From positions 3,100,001 to 3,164,000 of the forward strand of contig NC_081331.1 in NCBI RefSeq assembly GCF_022539665.2: DNA of 64,000 nt, in the 5' to 3' direction. Source of the stretch: Daphnia carinata. Taxonomy: Eukaryota. The notes under the pieces are model-generated. The model had not been told where the DNA came from, made no database searches, and worked only from the letters and a program-made list of their open reading frames with translations. Numbering within the stretch: position 1 is the first letter of the stretch; each line of letters starts with the position of its first letter. The position numbers were made by a program, and so were the translations under genes. Shown piece after piece: positions 46,475 through 59,749 of the stretch.

Positions 46475-47831
46475 ATGGCATGTTTTACCAATCCAGCAAT
46501 TTCAAGAGAGTCTTTAAAAACTATTTTAGGTAATTTTGAGGTCATTCCAGAACACCATAGACTAAAATTATGGATGACTGCCATACTCCAATTACCGAAC
46601 AACAAGACCCAGTATTTGAAGTTAAGAAAAGCAGGACAGAAATTGGATTCCAGTGTTAAATTACTAGAAGATGACAAAACTGGACAAGAACCAAAAGTTT
46701 GCAATAAAGTACTTAAAAGCTTGTTTGCCCATTGTTCATCACTTAGGCAGTTCAATCACTTTAACTTGGCCGATTTTGTGGAACCTTTTTCTAGTCTTTT
46801 AGTAACTCATGAATTAATATATTTTGAGGTGATGCTATCTATCCTTGGTAAGTTTTTGCTTTATTTTTGCCAAACTTGATTGTATTTATATAATAATCTA
46901 AAATTGCAATGTTTAAATTCAGTGAATTGGTGTCAACATTGGTTTGATCATATCCCTTTACCACCTTACACACTCTTATCAATGCTGGATATTATATTCC
47001 TAAAAAATCATCCTGAACTTTATAAACATCTTGCAAATCTAGGGATCAGAGCTATTGATTATGCTTGGTAAGTGCTTTTTACAACGTTAAATTTAATCAA
47101 TTGTTGACATGAAACTTACCACATCTTTCCACTCATAGGAGATGGCTGACTACTTCCTTTAAAACTGTAAGAATACAATTACATTTCAAATATTTTAAAA
47201 GGCAGCTCTTAAACAATAATTTAAATTTTTGTATCCAATAGATAGTTGATCCTCAAGAATGGTTAATACTTTGGGACCATATATTGGTAAATGAACCTGA
47301 TTTTATGTATTATATTCCATTGGCTGCTTGCAAACTCCAAAGTCGGTATTTAATGGAGCTATCAACCCATAGTGAAATAATGGTTGCTTAATATTGAAAA
47401 AATCACACAGAAATTAGAATATAAGCTTATAGAACATAATGCATTTCAGGAATTGCTTCACAGCACAATACCTCTTGATGCAAATTCTTTATTGAAAGAA
47501 GCCTACCAAATATGTGAAGCAACACCTGTGGAATTACAGCTCAATCAAATGCATCGTTTTCACCCATTGATTCCTGGTTATTATCCAACATTGACTCCCA
47601 CTGATTTGATCACCTTTCATTCTACAGAAAATGGTGACCTGAGCAATCTTTATCAATTTCTTGGTAATTAAAACCCCATAATATAGCTTTAAGACCTGTA
47701 ATATTAAACATGAACACACTTTAGAGAAAGCTCAAGAAACTGCAGTTGAGGTGGAAAACGTCATCAAGGAGGGTATGGCATTACGAAGATATATAATGAA
47801 TCAACAAGAAAAGCTGTTTATTCCACCGTAA
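46475..47831 (+). CDS. Short TBC1D31 (WDR67)-like protein, Rab-GAP TBC region only, 6 exons
   Basis: LKTILGNFEVIPEHHRLKLW..ILQLPNN, NWCQHWFDHIPLPP, DYAW and EWLILWDHILVNEPDF resemble the TBC1D31 TBC domain. The frame is intact through GT-AG junctions, including a 28-nt exon (47139-47166), to TAA 47829-47831. Confidence 0.75.
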
Positions 47832-48400
47832 ATGAACTGACAGCATGAAAAAAAGATGCTCATTTTTAAATTCAAAGGCCTACTTTATGTGACTCTGTAT
47901 GTAACCAGCGCAAAAGCTGTAATTTTGTTCATATCGATTAAGCCCATTATCCAAATTTAAATTTAAATATCGCAATTAAAAAATCAATACCTTATTAAAA
48001 GCTCAGTTGCCTAAAAGAAAATTTATTTCCTGAATTTGAAAATGTTGCGCGGAATATATTAATATTTGGCAACACCGTCTTCCTGTGGATAAAAATAGGT
48101 TTTCAAAGACAGTGCACGTGATGTGAGGCTGTGACTTGTGAGCTCGAATATGTGAGCCGTTTGTCGGCATGTACTGTGGACACAAAGGAAAAAAAGTATG
48201 TGCAAAAGAAATACAGTAGGGAAAATTATTGGCATCTTGTGGTGCCAAATCGGAGGTCATTGTTACGGAGACGTGATTCTCTTTGTTGCACCACTTTCAT
48301 AACTGTGAAATCAGAACAAAACTAAATAAAAAAATCCTGCCAGCAGTGTTGTAGGCCCTTGTACCCTTTGTTGAGCCTTTGAAGGCCATCCATTGTCGGC

Positions 48401-48410
48401 TATATATAAG
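48401..48410 (+). promoter_or_regulatory. TATA-box candidate upstream of the 48484 exon
   Basis: TATATATAAG about 80 nt upstream of a gccATGG start. Confidence 0.45.
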
Positions 48411-48483
48411 CGATCTTGTTCATCGTCCTGACTGAAAAACTTCTCACACTCAGAATTTGCTAGTTCTTCTGACCACTAGTGCC

Positions 48484-48580
48484 ATGGCAACTGGATCCAC
48501 CATCATAGGAAAAGGTCGTTTCGTCGTTCGCAGTTACGGAACTGCTAACACCAATACAGATAAAACCGACAACGATCCAG
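48484..48580 (+). CDS. Putative alternative first coding exon A (MATGSTIIGKGRFVVRSYGTANTNTDKTDNDP, phase 1) of a large downstream gene
   Basis: Kozak gccATGG, 32 codons plus 1 nt open, strong donor CAG|GTTAGT, upstream TATA. Confidence 0.6.
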
Positions 48581-51500
48581 GTTAGTGGCATATATATATT
48601 TTTTTTTAGTCCATTGTGTTGTCGAGTGCTATTTGTCTCGTCCATTGTTCCCCTTCGATTCCACCGCGAAAATCGTTGTTTGATCATTTCATCACAAGAT
48701 GGATTCGGAAACACACCACTTTATTTTTTTGTTTTCGCTTTTGCGATATGCATAGTCACATTTGGCTACATCCATTTTTCTCCGTTTTACCCTTTTTTTT
48801 TTTATCAGTTTCATTACGAATTTTATACTGAAATGCAGAATTCACCTTCTTTTTCTATTTGTCTACAAACATTGTGCCATTTCCGGTACTGCTAATTGGG
48901 AAAGGCTTTCGTGGCTGCCGTTTGCAACTGCATTTAGTAAAAATATTTATTTTCGGCTATGTTATTGTTAGCCGAATTTTTGTTTGCCTCTCTAACGACG
49001 TTGGATTGGGGTGATTTCCGTCCTGACTGTTGGGGAACATCATCGATAAATAATAGCAATTCCATTCCGACTAGGCGAGGGGGGGGGGTGTGTGAGAATA
49101 TGATGAAGGTGAAAACTAAAAATCGATCCCATTAATTCCCGTTTTCATTCCGGTTGGCGGAAAAGCAATTCAATGTTTAAGGCACATGTATTACAAAACT
49201 GTAATCCAATTTTTCCGTCTCAAATTGAATCACGGGTTTTCATTCGGTTGAAGCTTCTAAAAATACGGAAACATATTAACTATGTGCTGAAAATTATCGT
49301 AAAGATGACACTAGGAAGTGTGGGATTCTGTTACCACCTGTCATAGCTCACAGGCGCGACTGGAGCGCAAAAGGACGACAGGAAAATAGATTGCTTTGGG
49401 GAAAAAAAGGCATTTTTGGTGTAAATCAGGAAACAAGGGAGGGTGATGGATGATGGCCTTAGTCGCCAAGATTTTTCTTGTTTAATCAAATAAAAGATCT
49501 TGCTATTGTTTTCACATCGTGAGTACAGGTGGAATTATTTGATTCATTCCCACCGATGGCTCGATTTTGATTTCTAAATGTTTTATCTGAACCCAACTTG
49601 ATTTTTTACTCTGTTGTCTCTTGTGAAACTCTTGTGTTGTGCCGCTTGAAATTTTCTTCGTCAGATTGTTTGAATTTCGGCGTTTGTCTTTTAAATTTAG
49701 CACTCGTGCGAAACCGAATGCTTGTCCGTTTCAAAACATTTTGGCTCAAGCATCTTTTTTTTATTTTCGAGGAAAGATAGCCGCCATTGTTTAAGACATG
49801 TAATAGTTGTCAAAGTTGGTTTATAGCCAAAGTATTTTGCGGAATGCATTTGATGTTTCGGTGGAGAAATTCTCTTTGTTGTTTTTCCACAACCGTCCGC
49901 CAACGCCTTTGCACAACTTGCTCGTTCTATTTCGTTTGTGCAATTTGAACTGAAATTTGAAGAGATTTGCAAGGTAACTTGAATTTTGCAAGTTCCAAAA
50001 CAAATCTCATCCGTCTCTTTATTTTTTGGAAATAAGTTTTTCTCATTTTGATTTCAAACTTTTTCGTACCTGTTTACGTCTACGAAATTAATTTGGCGGA
50101 TGAAGAGCTTTTCTTGACAAGAAAGTTTAAAATAGTAGACAGCTCGTATCAAAAAATCATCACTTCAATATTCCACTTCATTTCCATTGCATCGCTCTTG
50201 ATTTTTCCTTTTTTATCGCTCACTCCATTTTGTATGTATAGAAAAATATAAGATATTTTCATAACAGTAAAAACAGCACGCGCCAGAAAAGGAAGGGCGA
50301 GTTCGTAGAAGAAAAAAAGATGGTGGGGGGTTGGGGGACGTATATGGATCAATAATCAGGCAACGAAAGGTTGGGTGTCGTCGTTCTCTGCGGGCTCGTC
50401 TTGACAAGGTGCTGACGGAGAAACTCTAATGGATGTGTCACGAAGCTATGCTTTGCTTAGTGAACTGCACATTCGTCGCCAGAAAGAGAAAGGCATAGAG
50501 ACAGATTGACATGCATCACAGAGACTGGAATATGAAACTGAAGGCAATTTTCGCGGCCTCTTTTGCCCAAGCTGTGTTTTACTGAGCTTTGAGATCTGAA
50601 ATGAAGAGCCATCCAGTGATGTATAAATCAATTATCATCGTGGCGGATAACGTGATTTACGGCTGATCTTGTGCACAGCGAGCTGTTTGCTGACAAAAGT
50701 ATAGTCTATTTTTGCTTGGGTTGTATCTATTTGATTTTTATTGTTTCTACGTTTACCAGCCTTGGTCGTACAAACGTTGAAACTATCGATCCCCTTTGTG
50801 TAGTAAAGCAACGATTGGTTGTAGATGGAGAGATCGGCATTATTAGTCAGAAATTGAAGCGGCAGCAGCAGCACATATGAACACAATAAAGGCTAATGAA
50901 GAAGAATGCATATCGATCGAGGACTCCAATTTATTTGTTTGCATCACGTGATGCAGGTTTTGTGATCCTTTTTTTAACGACAGCATCTCTTGCTTAGAGA
51001 TGCTGTAATACCTAGTAACAGATTCGATCCTTTTTCATATTTTATTTAAATTCTTGCTCTTCAACAATTGTACAATCTGCTTATGTTTGTATGGCAGTGG
51101 AGATAGCTGGAAAAGGTCGTTGCTATTTTTGCTGACGATATTCAAAGACCCATTCTCTGATGACATGCTGTATCTACTTAAACATGGAACATAAGAATGC
51201 TTTTTACACACGTAAAGGCCCCGTTTTCTTTGCTCAAACTTTTTTCTTGACGTTTATTCAAATGGAAAACGATGGCTTTAAAAGACTGTATTTTAACATT
51301 TTTTTTTAAAGCTCAATTTCCAATTGAATTTCATCCATGTGAATAGTTTGTGTTTGAATATGCAAATCGATTGCTGTCTAAGCTATCGGTCATCCACCTG
51401 TCGTCGCTGTGTACAATCTCTTGGATGAAAGGACACACTCAAGAGCTTCAGTGCTCTTTAATGGATGGAATCATCCGCTTGTCTAGTTTCAATCGCCGTA

Positions 51501-54500
51501 CGATGAATGGAAGATTCCCATTTCAGGGGTCGAATTATTTACATTTAAATTCTCCGGACTCACAAAGAATGAATGATTCATACAGCCAAAAATTCACTTG
51601 TTTCGACTGTCCTTTTTCTTTGCGAGAAAGTATGCAGCGATCGGCTATTAATTGTTTATTGAAACGTCATGTTTCTTTTATGTTTTTTCTATGCAATCGT
51701 GACATCCAAAATGTTAGGAAATTCCCTCGTTTCTTTTTTCCCCTAAAAAGAAACGAGAAAAAAAGTAGTTTTTTAAAAATAAATAAACTTTTTTCCATTT
51801 GTTTGTTGCTGTGTAGTCTGTCTGCAGATTGCGGGGGGGGGGGGGAGGGGGATAAATGGTTTTTCCGTGTGCTGCAAACACAATGGTTGTTGTCTTACGT
51901 AAAACGAAAAGGATATAGCCCAGCGTAAACAATTTTTGGCCAACATAGGAAGAAAAAGTGAGTAGTAAACGACATGCCGTTGGACCGCTTGCTGGCCCGA
52001 ACCCGTTTAGCTTTGGCTTTTGGCTTCCGGCTCCTGCTAGCCCGGAGATGAGTACTCAAGTCTGATTCAGCGTCTACAGGAAATAATTTTTTTTTATTAT
52101 TTAAATCAAACCCATTTTCTTTTAAAGGCGTAAAACATTCAGCAGTGAATTTTGTCTTCCCTTTTTATTTTTGTTATTTGATTGATTCACGAAGCCAATT
52201 GGCTCTTTACACTGTTGATAAAGAGGACGCATATGTAAAAGAGGTACACTTGTGTTCGTTGGTAGCAGTAGACACTTGAAAGCAATGTAAATCTACTTTA
52301 GGGTTTGACTTCATAACTGCCGGCTAAAGTGCTGCAGGCGCCGAGAAAAAACTGGGAGGCAAAAGGAAGTGCTCCTATTCTATCTTTTTATAATATCTAC
52401 TTCTTGATTCCTTGCGATGTACACGCGAGAGTACTCTTTTTTAGAGTTCCCTCTCTTTTCTTTCAATCTTCTCTTTTCTATGTAGATTCAATCCAGGCAC
52501 GGCCAGCAGCATATGCTGCGGGCTTGGATGTAATCGTCCGTGTTTTAAGAAAAGACTCCCTTCCATCTCGATTTGACATTTTTGGACCGAATGGGATGAT
52601 GAACGAACTCCTGTTTTTCATGCCACATTGATTTTTCTCATCTTTTGTTGTCACCAAGTCGACAATAATGGAATTGCGATCCATTCTTTTGTTGGCCCTT
52701 ATTGAAGGAGGCGGCTCCAGTTGGCTCGTAATCAAAAGGAATCGCGTGTAGCTCCCAGTTTTTTTTTTTTTTTTTTTTTGACACACATTGATCTGACACA
52801 CGAGATTCTTTTTCGCACCCATCAGTGAATCCGTACAGCACAAAAGAGGACATTGAGCTGCCTATTCCATTTTTTACTACCTTTGTTTCCTTTGGGTTAA
52901 TGTTGTTCTATAACCTCCATGGCGCGTAATCGTTGGTGACGTCACTAACAAATTGTATAGAGCGCGTATAAAAAATAAAAATGGTTTTACGTTACGTAAG
53001 CAGAAGGGTGTTGTCGAGGAGAACGAATGAAATCACGTGAGGGAGGCCATTAAAAGGTCAATCTCAAGGGCTGCCGAATATACATCGACAACAATCGTTC
53101 ATGTACCAACGCGGAGCACAATAGAATCCCGATATATTTATAGACACAATCACTCAAAGCGGTTCTGCGAAACAGTAGGTGTTGGGTGTATCATTCGGTG
53201 ATGTTTTTTTTTAAATACTTTCTTCTCAATTTGGTTTGTTCTACCGCCCTCTTCAGGGGATTCTTTTTTCTATTCGCTTTTGTTTTATTGCGTTGGTTGC
53301 TTCGTGTTGTGCAACTACTTTTTCGCCTTCGTGGTTGCTTTTATTTGTTTTGTTTTTTTAGTTTGCTTTTTCGTGTGTGTGTGGTTGTTGTGGCTGGTTG
53401 GCCTTTTTCTCCCCCCATCACCCCCCTTTTCCTTGTTTTTGGCTGAAAGTTATGGCTGGCCAGTCGCAATCGTTCGTGTCCAGCACGACCACGACGGGGC
53501 AGTTGTCGGTCATCCGTCGAGCAAGTCGATCTCAAATCAAAAACCGCGTTAAATATTTTCAACTATTTATGCGTAAAAAAGCAAATCGAGTTTTTGTAAA
53601 GTGAAGTTTAAGACATTCGAAAAGACCAACAACAACGAATAGGATAAAGGAATTCTATCGATTTGTGTGCTGTTATTATTATTTTTTTCTGTGGAGGGGG
53701 GGGGGTGGGTTGTGGAAATCTCTTTGAACTCGTGGCCGTGATTCGGCACGGTATTCTTGCTGGGGTGCTGAAGCCAGCATGGACGTAGACAGCTATTCGT
53801 CTTTTGGTAGGCAAAAAATGTTACTCCAAACATTTATTTTGCACCTGAGCTGTTTCTTCTTTTATTATTGTAATCTCTTTGTTTTTACTCGATTTCATTT
53901 TTGCATGGATGGCTTTGTTATTGCAATTCGCCTTTTTTTTTCTTTTTGATTTATCGTCTCATCAAAGATAGTGCTGCAATGGAATTCACTTTTGTTTGTT
54001 TTCTGTTTTGAAATGTTTTTAGTTTTCCTCTGTCATGCACGGCTAACCGAGGCTAAGCTAGGCATACCTTTTGACAATAGTTTTACGAGAAGATGTGTGT
54101 ATTCAGTTTGCGCGATAATGGCATCAAGCTGGCCCCGCGCACGTAGCAAAATTGAGAGTGAACAGTTCAAGTGCTTCGTTTCCTCCTCTTGCCAAAAACT
54201 TAGTCCGTTCGACTTATGTATACGTATAGGGTTGTTCAAGTCTGATATTTTTCTAGAGTTCCGTATATGTTTTGCCCTGAAACGTCACCACTAGTAAGGT
54301 TTCTTTGAGCATTTCAAGCTACACGCGTAAAAGAGTTTCTAGAACTGGTCTATCCCCCTCTTGTAAAAGGCGGAAGAGAAAAAGTGGCGCTAGTGATGGC
54401 ACAAAAAAAAGAGAGAGAGAGAGAGACAGAAAAGAGAGCAAAAATAAAAATCCGATCCATGACACGTTAGTGTCGTATCCGCTATTGGCTTTTCGTTTGG

Positions 54501-54829
54501 GTTATACCGGTAGGAGCTAGACGTCGTCGTTGCATTAGTGGAACGGCCTCAAAGCTCATAGTTGACCACCAGCCGAGCTCCCGGTCGATAGGTAGTGGTG
54601 GCGGCCGTCGTGAATAAATCGTTACTTTGTAGGTTTTTTAAAAAAAAAAAAAAGAATTACATTTTTTTTTAGAGTTAGAAATAAGGTTCTTTAATTTTTT
54701 GAAGCTGTAGTTCTGTGTTTGAATACAAAAGTGAACGCAGGTGTGGGTGCTCAATTGCAGCCGAGCAAAGCATTTTATTTGCTACGGAAATTCTAAGGTT
54801 GAGTGCTCGCCTTCGTGAAAAAACGTGAA

Positions 54830-54941
54830 ATGGAGACAGCGGATGAGGACATATTGGCAGCGGCTCTCGAGCATGGCACAACCGTTCTACACGCTAATGC
54901 TTCGACCATGACCAACAGCGATTCGTGTCATGATTGGACAG
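54830..54941 (+). CDS. Putative alternative first coding exon B (METADEDILAAALEHGTTVLHANASTMTNSDSCHDWT, phase 1)
   Basis: aaaATGG start, 37 codons plus 1 nt, donor CAG|GTGATC, same phase as exons A and C. Confidence 0.35.
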
Positions 54942-57900
54942 GTGATCTGCTCAACATATAACCCTCGCCCCAACGTCTAGAGATCGATTCTGTTATTATG
55001 ATTGTTTCTATGGTATGTTAGAAAGAAAATTCTGCGATGTTGAATCGAAAACTGGCCCAGTTTCTTGCGCTTTTTGTTTTGACATTTTGGAAGGGGGTTG
55101 GTTGTATGCGTCAAATTACGAGCAGTAGGTCACGTATTTCGCTACGGTTTACCCTAATTTTGAAATCGCATGTTTAAAGTAGTCCCTCCAAACTCGGTTT
55201 TATTTATAGTTTGTTGTTGAATAATCGTCCGGGAAACAGCCATGGTAAACACACGCGTACGATGACGAGGATTTACACATTCTCATTCGTATTCAATGGC
55301 GCAGTCGCTGGGGGTAATATGTTTATTGTTGAAGATATTTCCACATGTCACAAGAATATTTCTAATGGGAATGACATTCCCGATGATATTTCATTTTGAA
55401 ATGGTTCAGTATCTTTTGCCTTGAGCTGGAGTTTCAGAAAGCAACAGACATGTGCCCATCAGTTCTACGTAATTGATTATACTTCTTGCTTAAGAAGCTT
55501 TCTGCCGAATAGATTACTGAAAGGCTTTCATCGGCAGTTTCTTAAGACACGACGTGATCTAATCAAAGTCTTTTCAAAGAAAGTTCTGCATATCTTTTCC
55601 GCTCGTCTTTGTGTCATTGCCAATTTCGATTGATACCGACCGTTTATTAACAAGGAAAAATTGCGCATACCCATTTCCCAATTATTTTTTTTAACGAATG
55701 GGTCAGAAACTTTGTTTGACGTGCATTTAAGGTTAATTTCATTTGATCCAATGCAATCAGGTGGACTAATCTTATTTTGAAAATTTCGAAACCTCCTTTG
55801 AAATTCCCTTTTAAATTAAAAATAAATCAGAAGGGAGAAGCATGTTTCTTTTAACAGATTTATTTTTAATTTGTTTTTTATAATGAAAATCGTTCAATTT
55901 CATCTGTGGACTTGCGCAAATATGTGCCCAACTTTGACAGGAGATGGAACCATAAGGCGGATTTGTTGACTGTCTAAGAACGACCTCAATTCAGGGCTGG
56001 CTGTTGAATGTCGCTTGAAAAAATAATGAAGCCGACTTCATTATAAATTTACCAGAAAACAACATCTCCGTTCTTCGTTTGTTTGATTTCCCATTTTCTC
56101 TCACATGGCAAAACCCTACAAAAAAAAATTGAAACCTTTCACTTGTGTCAAGTTTTAAGAAACAAAAGACTATCAGGAGATAAAATGTTGCCTGTTTGCA
56201 ACCAGATGGGAGCAGACTAAACGTCTATGATTGATTGACGTTTGTTTCTTTCTCTTTCTTTAATTGTCGATGTGTGTTTGCGTGTGCGTGACGGGATAAA
56301 AGTGTCGATTTACGAACGTTTTTTTACACTCAATCAGCCCGACATGCCATTCCGATTCCAATACCTTGTCCATGGGAACTAAATAGACGAGTCCACCAAG
56401 TCCAGATAGGTCGTTTTGAATTCAGGAGTTTGTTTAAAGTAAACTGTCTGTGTTTTTACCTGTACAAGTTCGGTGCATTTAAGCAAATGTCCCCCCAAGG
56501 AAACAATGAATTTTTTAAAAAATGTCCCCTATTCAATCGTGGAGAAGAGAGAGGCTGGACAATTGAAAGCGCTAGTAGACTATCAATAAAAAGACATTGT
56601 CTATCGCTTAACTCAATTTCTTGCTATTTGTTTGAAGGCTAGAGATGTTGTGTGCGCTGACAATTTGATTTCGTGTTTACGCTCGTCTCCATTGCGACTC
56701 TTTGGAGTTGAATGACCATAAAAGAACAAGAAAAGGTACATACGGTTATAACAGACACAGCATTTGACCTATTTTATTTGCGCTTTGTGTGACGACCGAA
56801 TCAGGTTTCTTTTAAAACTCGTCCGTTTTGTTTTTCACGGCCCTTATCATTAAATTTCTTTTTTTAGTTTGTTATTTTTGATTTTACAAAACCTCTGTCA
56901 TTGGGTTTCCGACTTGTTTATTTCATTTCTCGTCTAGAACAGCCGAGAAATGAAAACAGTGCCCAGCAGACAGTGAAATGCATCTACTACCAATCTGACG
57001 GCTTCTATCAAACGTTTTAACCGGCACATTCCCCCTGCTGACTCGTTCGATTCGTTATCGTTTTAATAACTAGGCCGTATTAAGAATAGATCCTGTCTTG
57101 TGTAAAACCACTCGAGTACTAGACGACTGCACATTGATTATTGTAACAAATGAGGGGCCAACACAAAAATAAAAGTGAGTACATCTTCTACTGATTGAGA
57201 CGCGCATCACAATTTTCTTTCTCCTCATTTTGATTGATAGAAAATCCTTTTGTATTACGTGTCCGTTCTGTATCACCGACATGCTCTAGTGGCTTTATAT
57301 CATTTTCCCTTTTTTTCTTTCTGGCGGATTTCTGATTGCCTCCGTCCTGCTTGCAATGTGTACTACTTTTCCGCTTTCACACACGTGGGGGGATGTCTCT
57401 CCGATACGAATCGACCCGTCCATGTTTGCAGCCGGTGGAACTTGTCGGGTTTCTCTTGACTCTTTCCCCTCGAATAAGCTCGTCTTGTGCTCAGCCTATG
57501 CCCTCCCCTCCAAAGACTAACGAACGGGACTGTCGCTGACTCTATCAGCAGAAAAGTCACGCAGCTTTTCAAAGAGAAAACACTAGAGACTCCACACTCT
57601 TGTTGAAAGAACTTCTTCTTTTTTTTTTCAAACGAATAAAATTTTGTTTTTCTTTTCGGTGGGATGATCTGCTCCCGACACATCATCAGCCTGTAGTCAC
57701 GATGTCATTTTTTGTTGGGTGTAAATTATCTTGTCACATTCTTTTGATGTCGATGAACTATAGAGGTTGAAAAACGAAGAGTGATGTGTACGAGATTTCT
57801 AGCCAATAACAACTGGCTGCAATTTATTCATGAGACTATTGAGAATTTGTTTACATTTATTTGCCCGCAAACAAATTTTTTTTTATTGATTCAATTCCCG

Positions 57901-58969
57901 TTACTTGTCGAGTCATGTTTTATCTCTTTACTTTATCTCTATTGGATGATGTCATCGATATATCGACCGAATAGCTCCCCCTTTTTTTTCTTTTCAAATG
58001 CCAATAGAAAAAATTCTATTGCCCGGTATATGTGCACAACACAGAGTGTAGTTGACGTGTGCCGAAATGGTGGCCCTGTGCGGCCCGGCACACATGCTCT
58101 CGTGGAAATCTAGAGACGTTTGAGTGGTGGGGTACACGTCCCATCATGCCAATGGATCGATGTTTTGCAGCTATGCACACGTTACAGTTTCACTAGACAC
58201 GTTTGTCAAAAGGGGTGTCTATATTTAATGCTTAAATCCTCCTATTTGGGCAAAACGCGTTGGGAACCCGATGACATCTCAATGATGATGTCCCTCTAGG
58301 GGAGGGAGGTAAATCATTCAATCCCCCGTTGTACTTAAGAGTTTAGGTGTTTTGTGTGGGAAAATAGCAAAATTTGAAATGAAAAGAAAGGGCGAACAAA
58401 AGGAGAAAAAAAAAGGGCAAACGAGAAAACAATCGATCTCATCAAGGAAATGCAAAATAGTCTCTTTTTTTATTTCCCCCGATGAAACAATGTAGTCTTT
58501 CTTTTGTAGCCATTTTCTGATGTGTTGATTAGAGAATTTTAAGAAAGCGACAACAAAAGAAAGATCAAGTAAAAAAAAAATATATTTGTATTTTAGGGGG
58601 GATGAATTGTTCATGAGCGCCGGCCAAATAAAAAAAAAAAAAGGGGGCTGTCCCAGAAGGTAGAGGGGAGGCGGGTGTACTGTAATGGAGGAAGAGAGTA
58701 GCAGAGGGAGTTTGGAAGAGAGCAAAAGGAGGAGGCGTCGCAGGGCGGAAGAGGTGACTCTATTCGTCCTAGTGTGTGGGTGGTTGGGCGTTTTAGGTCG
58801 ATAAAGGCAAGGCAGTCGAAGCTGAACGAAGAGAGTGCGTCGAGAGAGAGCGAACGGCTCGCACAGCAGCAGCTCCTCAACACAAAGTTTCTCTCCGACG
58901 AGCTGGACAAGGGAAAAACAAAATTGTTTTTGGTGTCGAGTCCGTACTTCCTTTTTTCTCCGCCCGTTG

Positions 58970-59206
58970 TCAGTTCCGTTCTCGTCGTCCACTCTCCCGC
59001 ACGTCTTCTGTTTTTTTTTTTTTTTCTTTGTCTCTTGGGCCTCATTGTCATCATCGACGTTGACCCTTGAATTTTCTTCTGGAACACAACGCAGGAATCG
59101 CAATGATCATTTGCCCGTCGCTTGAATGATCGGTGTCATCGGCCGTTTTGACAACTTGCGAGCATAAAATTATCGATCGGGGAGGAGGAAAGAAGAACTG
59201 CGTGAG
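58970..59206 (+). other. Putative 5' UTR exon with Inr-like TCAGTT and two short uORFs
   Basis: Purine/GA-rich upstream region, TCAGTT at 58970-58975 and donor GAG|GTACGG at 59206/59207. An acceptor TTAG at 59623-59626 precedes exon C. Confidence 0.5.
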
Positions 59207-59652
59207 GTACGGAACACACGAGCTGGGAAGGGGGGGCTAACACACACACACACACTCCCTCTGAAAAGAAGTGGTGGGAGGGTAAGAAAGGAGAAAAAAG
59301 GGGGGAGCTTCATATCTATGTGCGTGCGTGAGTGAGAGTTGGGTCAGAGATTTGTGTTTTGCGTTGCGTGTTCCAGTGTGTTGGCCAACGTACGCCGGCT
59401 TCATCTGTGTCTCGAGTGTTTGTGTGTATGTGTGTGTGTGTAACTTGAGCGAGTGCCGTTTGCCAGTGGCGATTTTATTTCGAACAAATCGAAAGATAAA
59501 TCGTGTTGTATTTACAACCGACAATTAGAAATCCTCTAAATAGAAAATTATCTCGTTTCCATTAACGATTTGCTTTTGTTTTTTTGTTTTTTTTTAATTG
59601 AAAAACAAACAAAAGAAATCGGTTAGGAAATTAAACGTAAAAAATAAGAATA

Positions 59653-59749
59653 ATGGCCGCGACGGTAGATCGTTCGCGCTTCACTACTGAAAAAGTTGAC
59701 ATCGATCACGATTGCCAAGCCATCGCCGCCAATTCGCAGGGTCTCATTG
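59653..59749 (+). CDS. Putative alternative first coding exon C (MAATVDRSRFTTEKVDIDHDCQAIAANSQGLI, phase 1)
   Basis: ataATGG start, 32 codons plus 1 nt, consensus donor TTG|GTAAGT, upstream acceptor at 59626. Confidence 0.6.

Noticed and set aside
48460..48714. Minus-strand ORF with a signal-peptide-like stretch (MPLTWIVVGFICIGVSSSVTA) and a downstream hydrophobic frame
   Set aside because: Joining the parts needs a frameshift or an implausibly short intron. It is antisense to a better-supported + strand exon.
58318..59103. 261-aa minus-strand ORF
   Set aside because: Low-complexity translation of promoter-like GA-rich and homopolymer sequence; it is antisense to a plausible + strand UTR exon.
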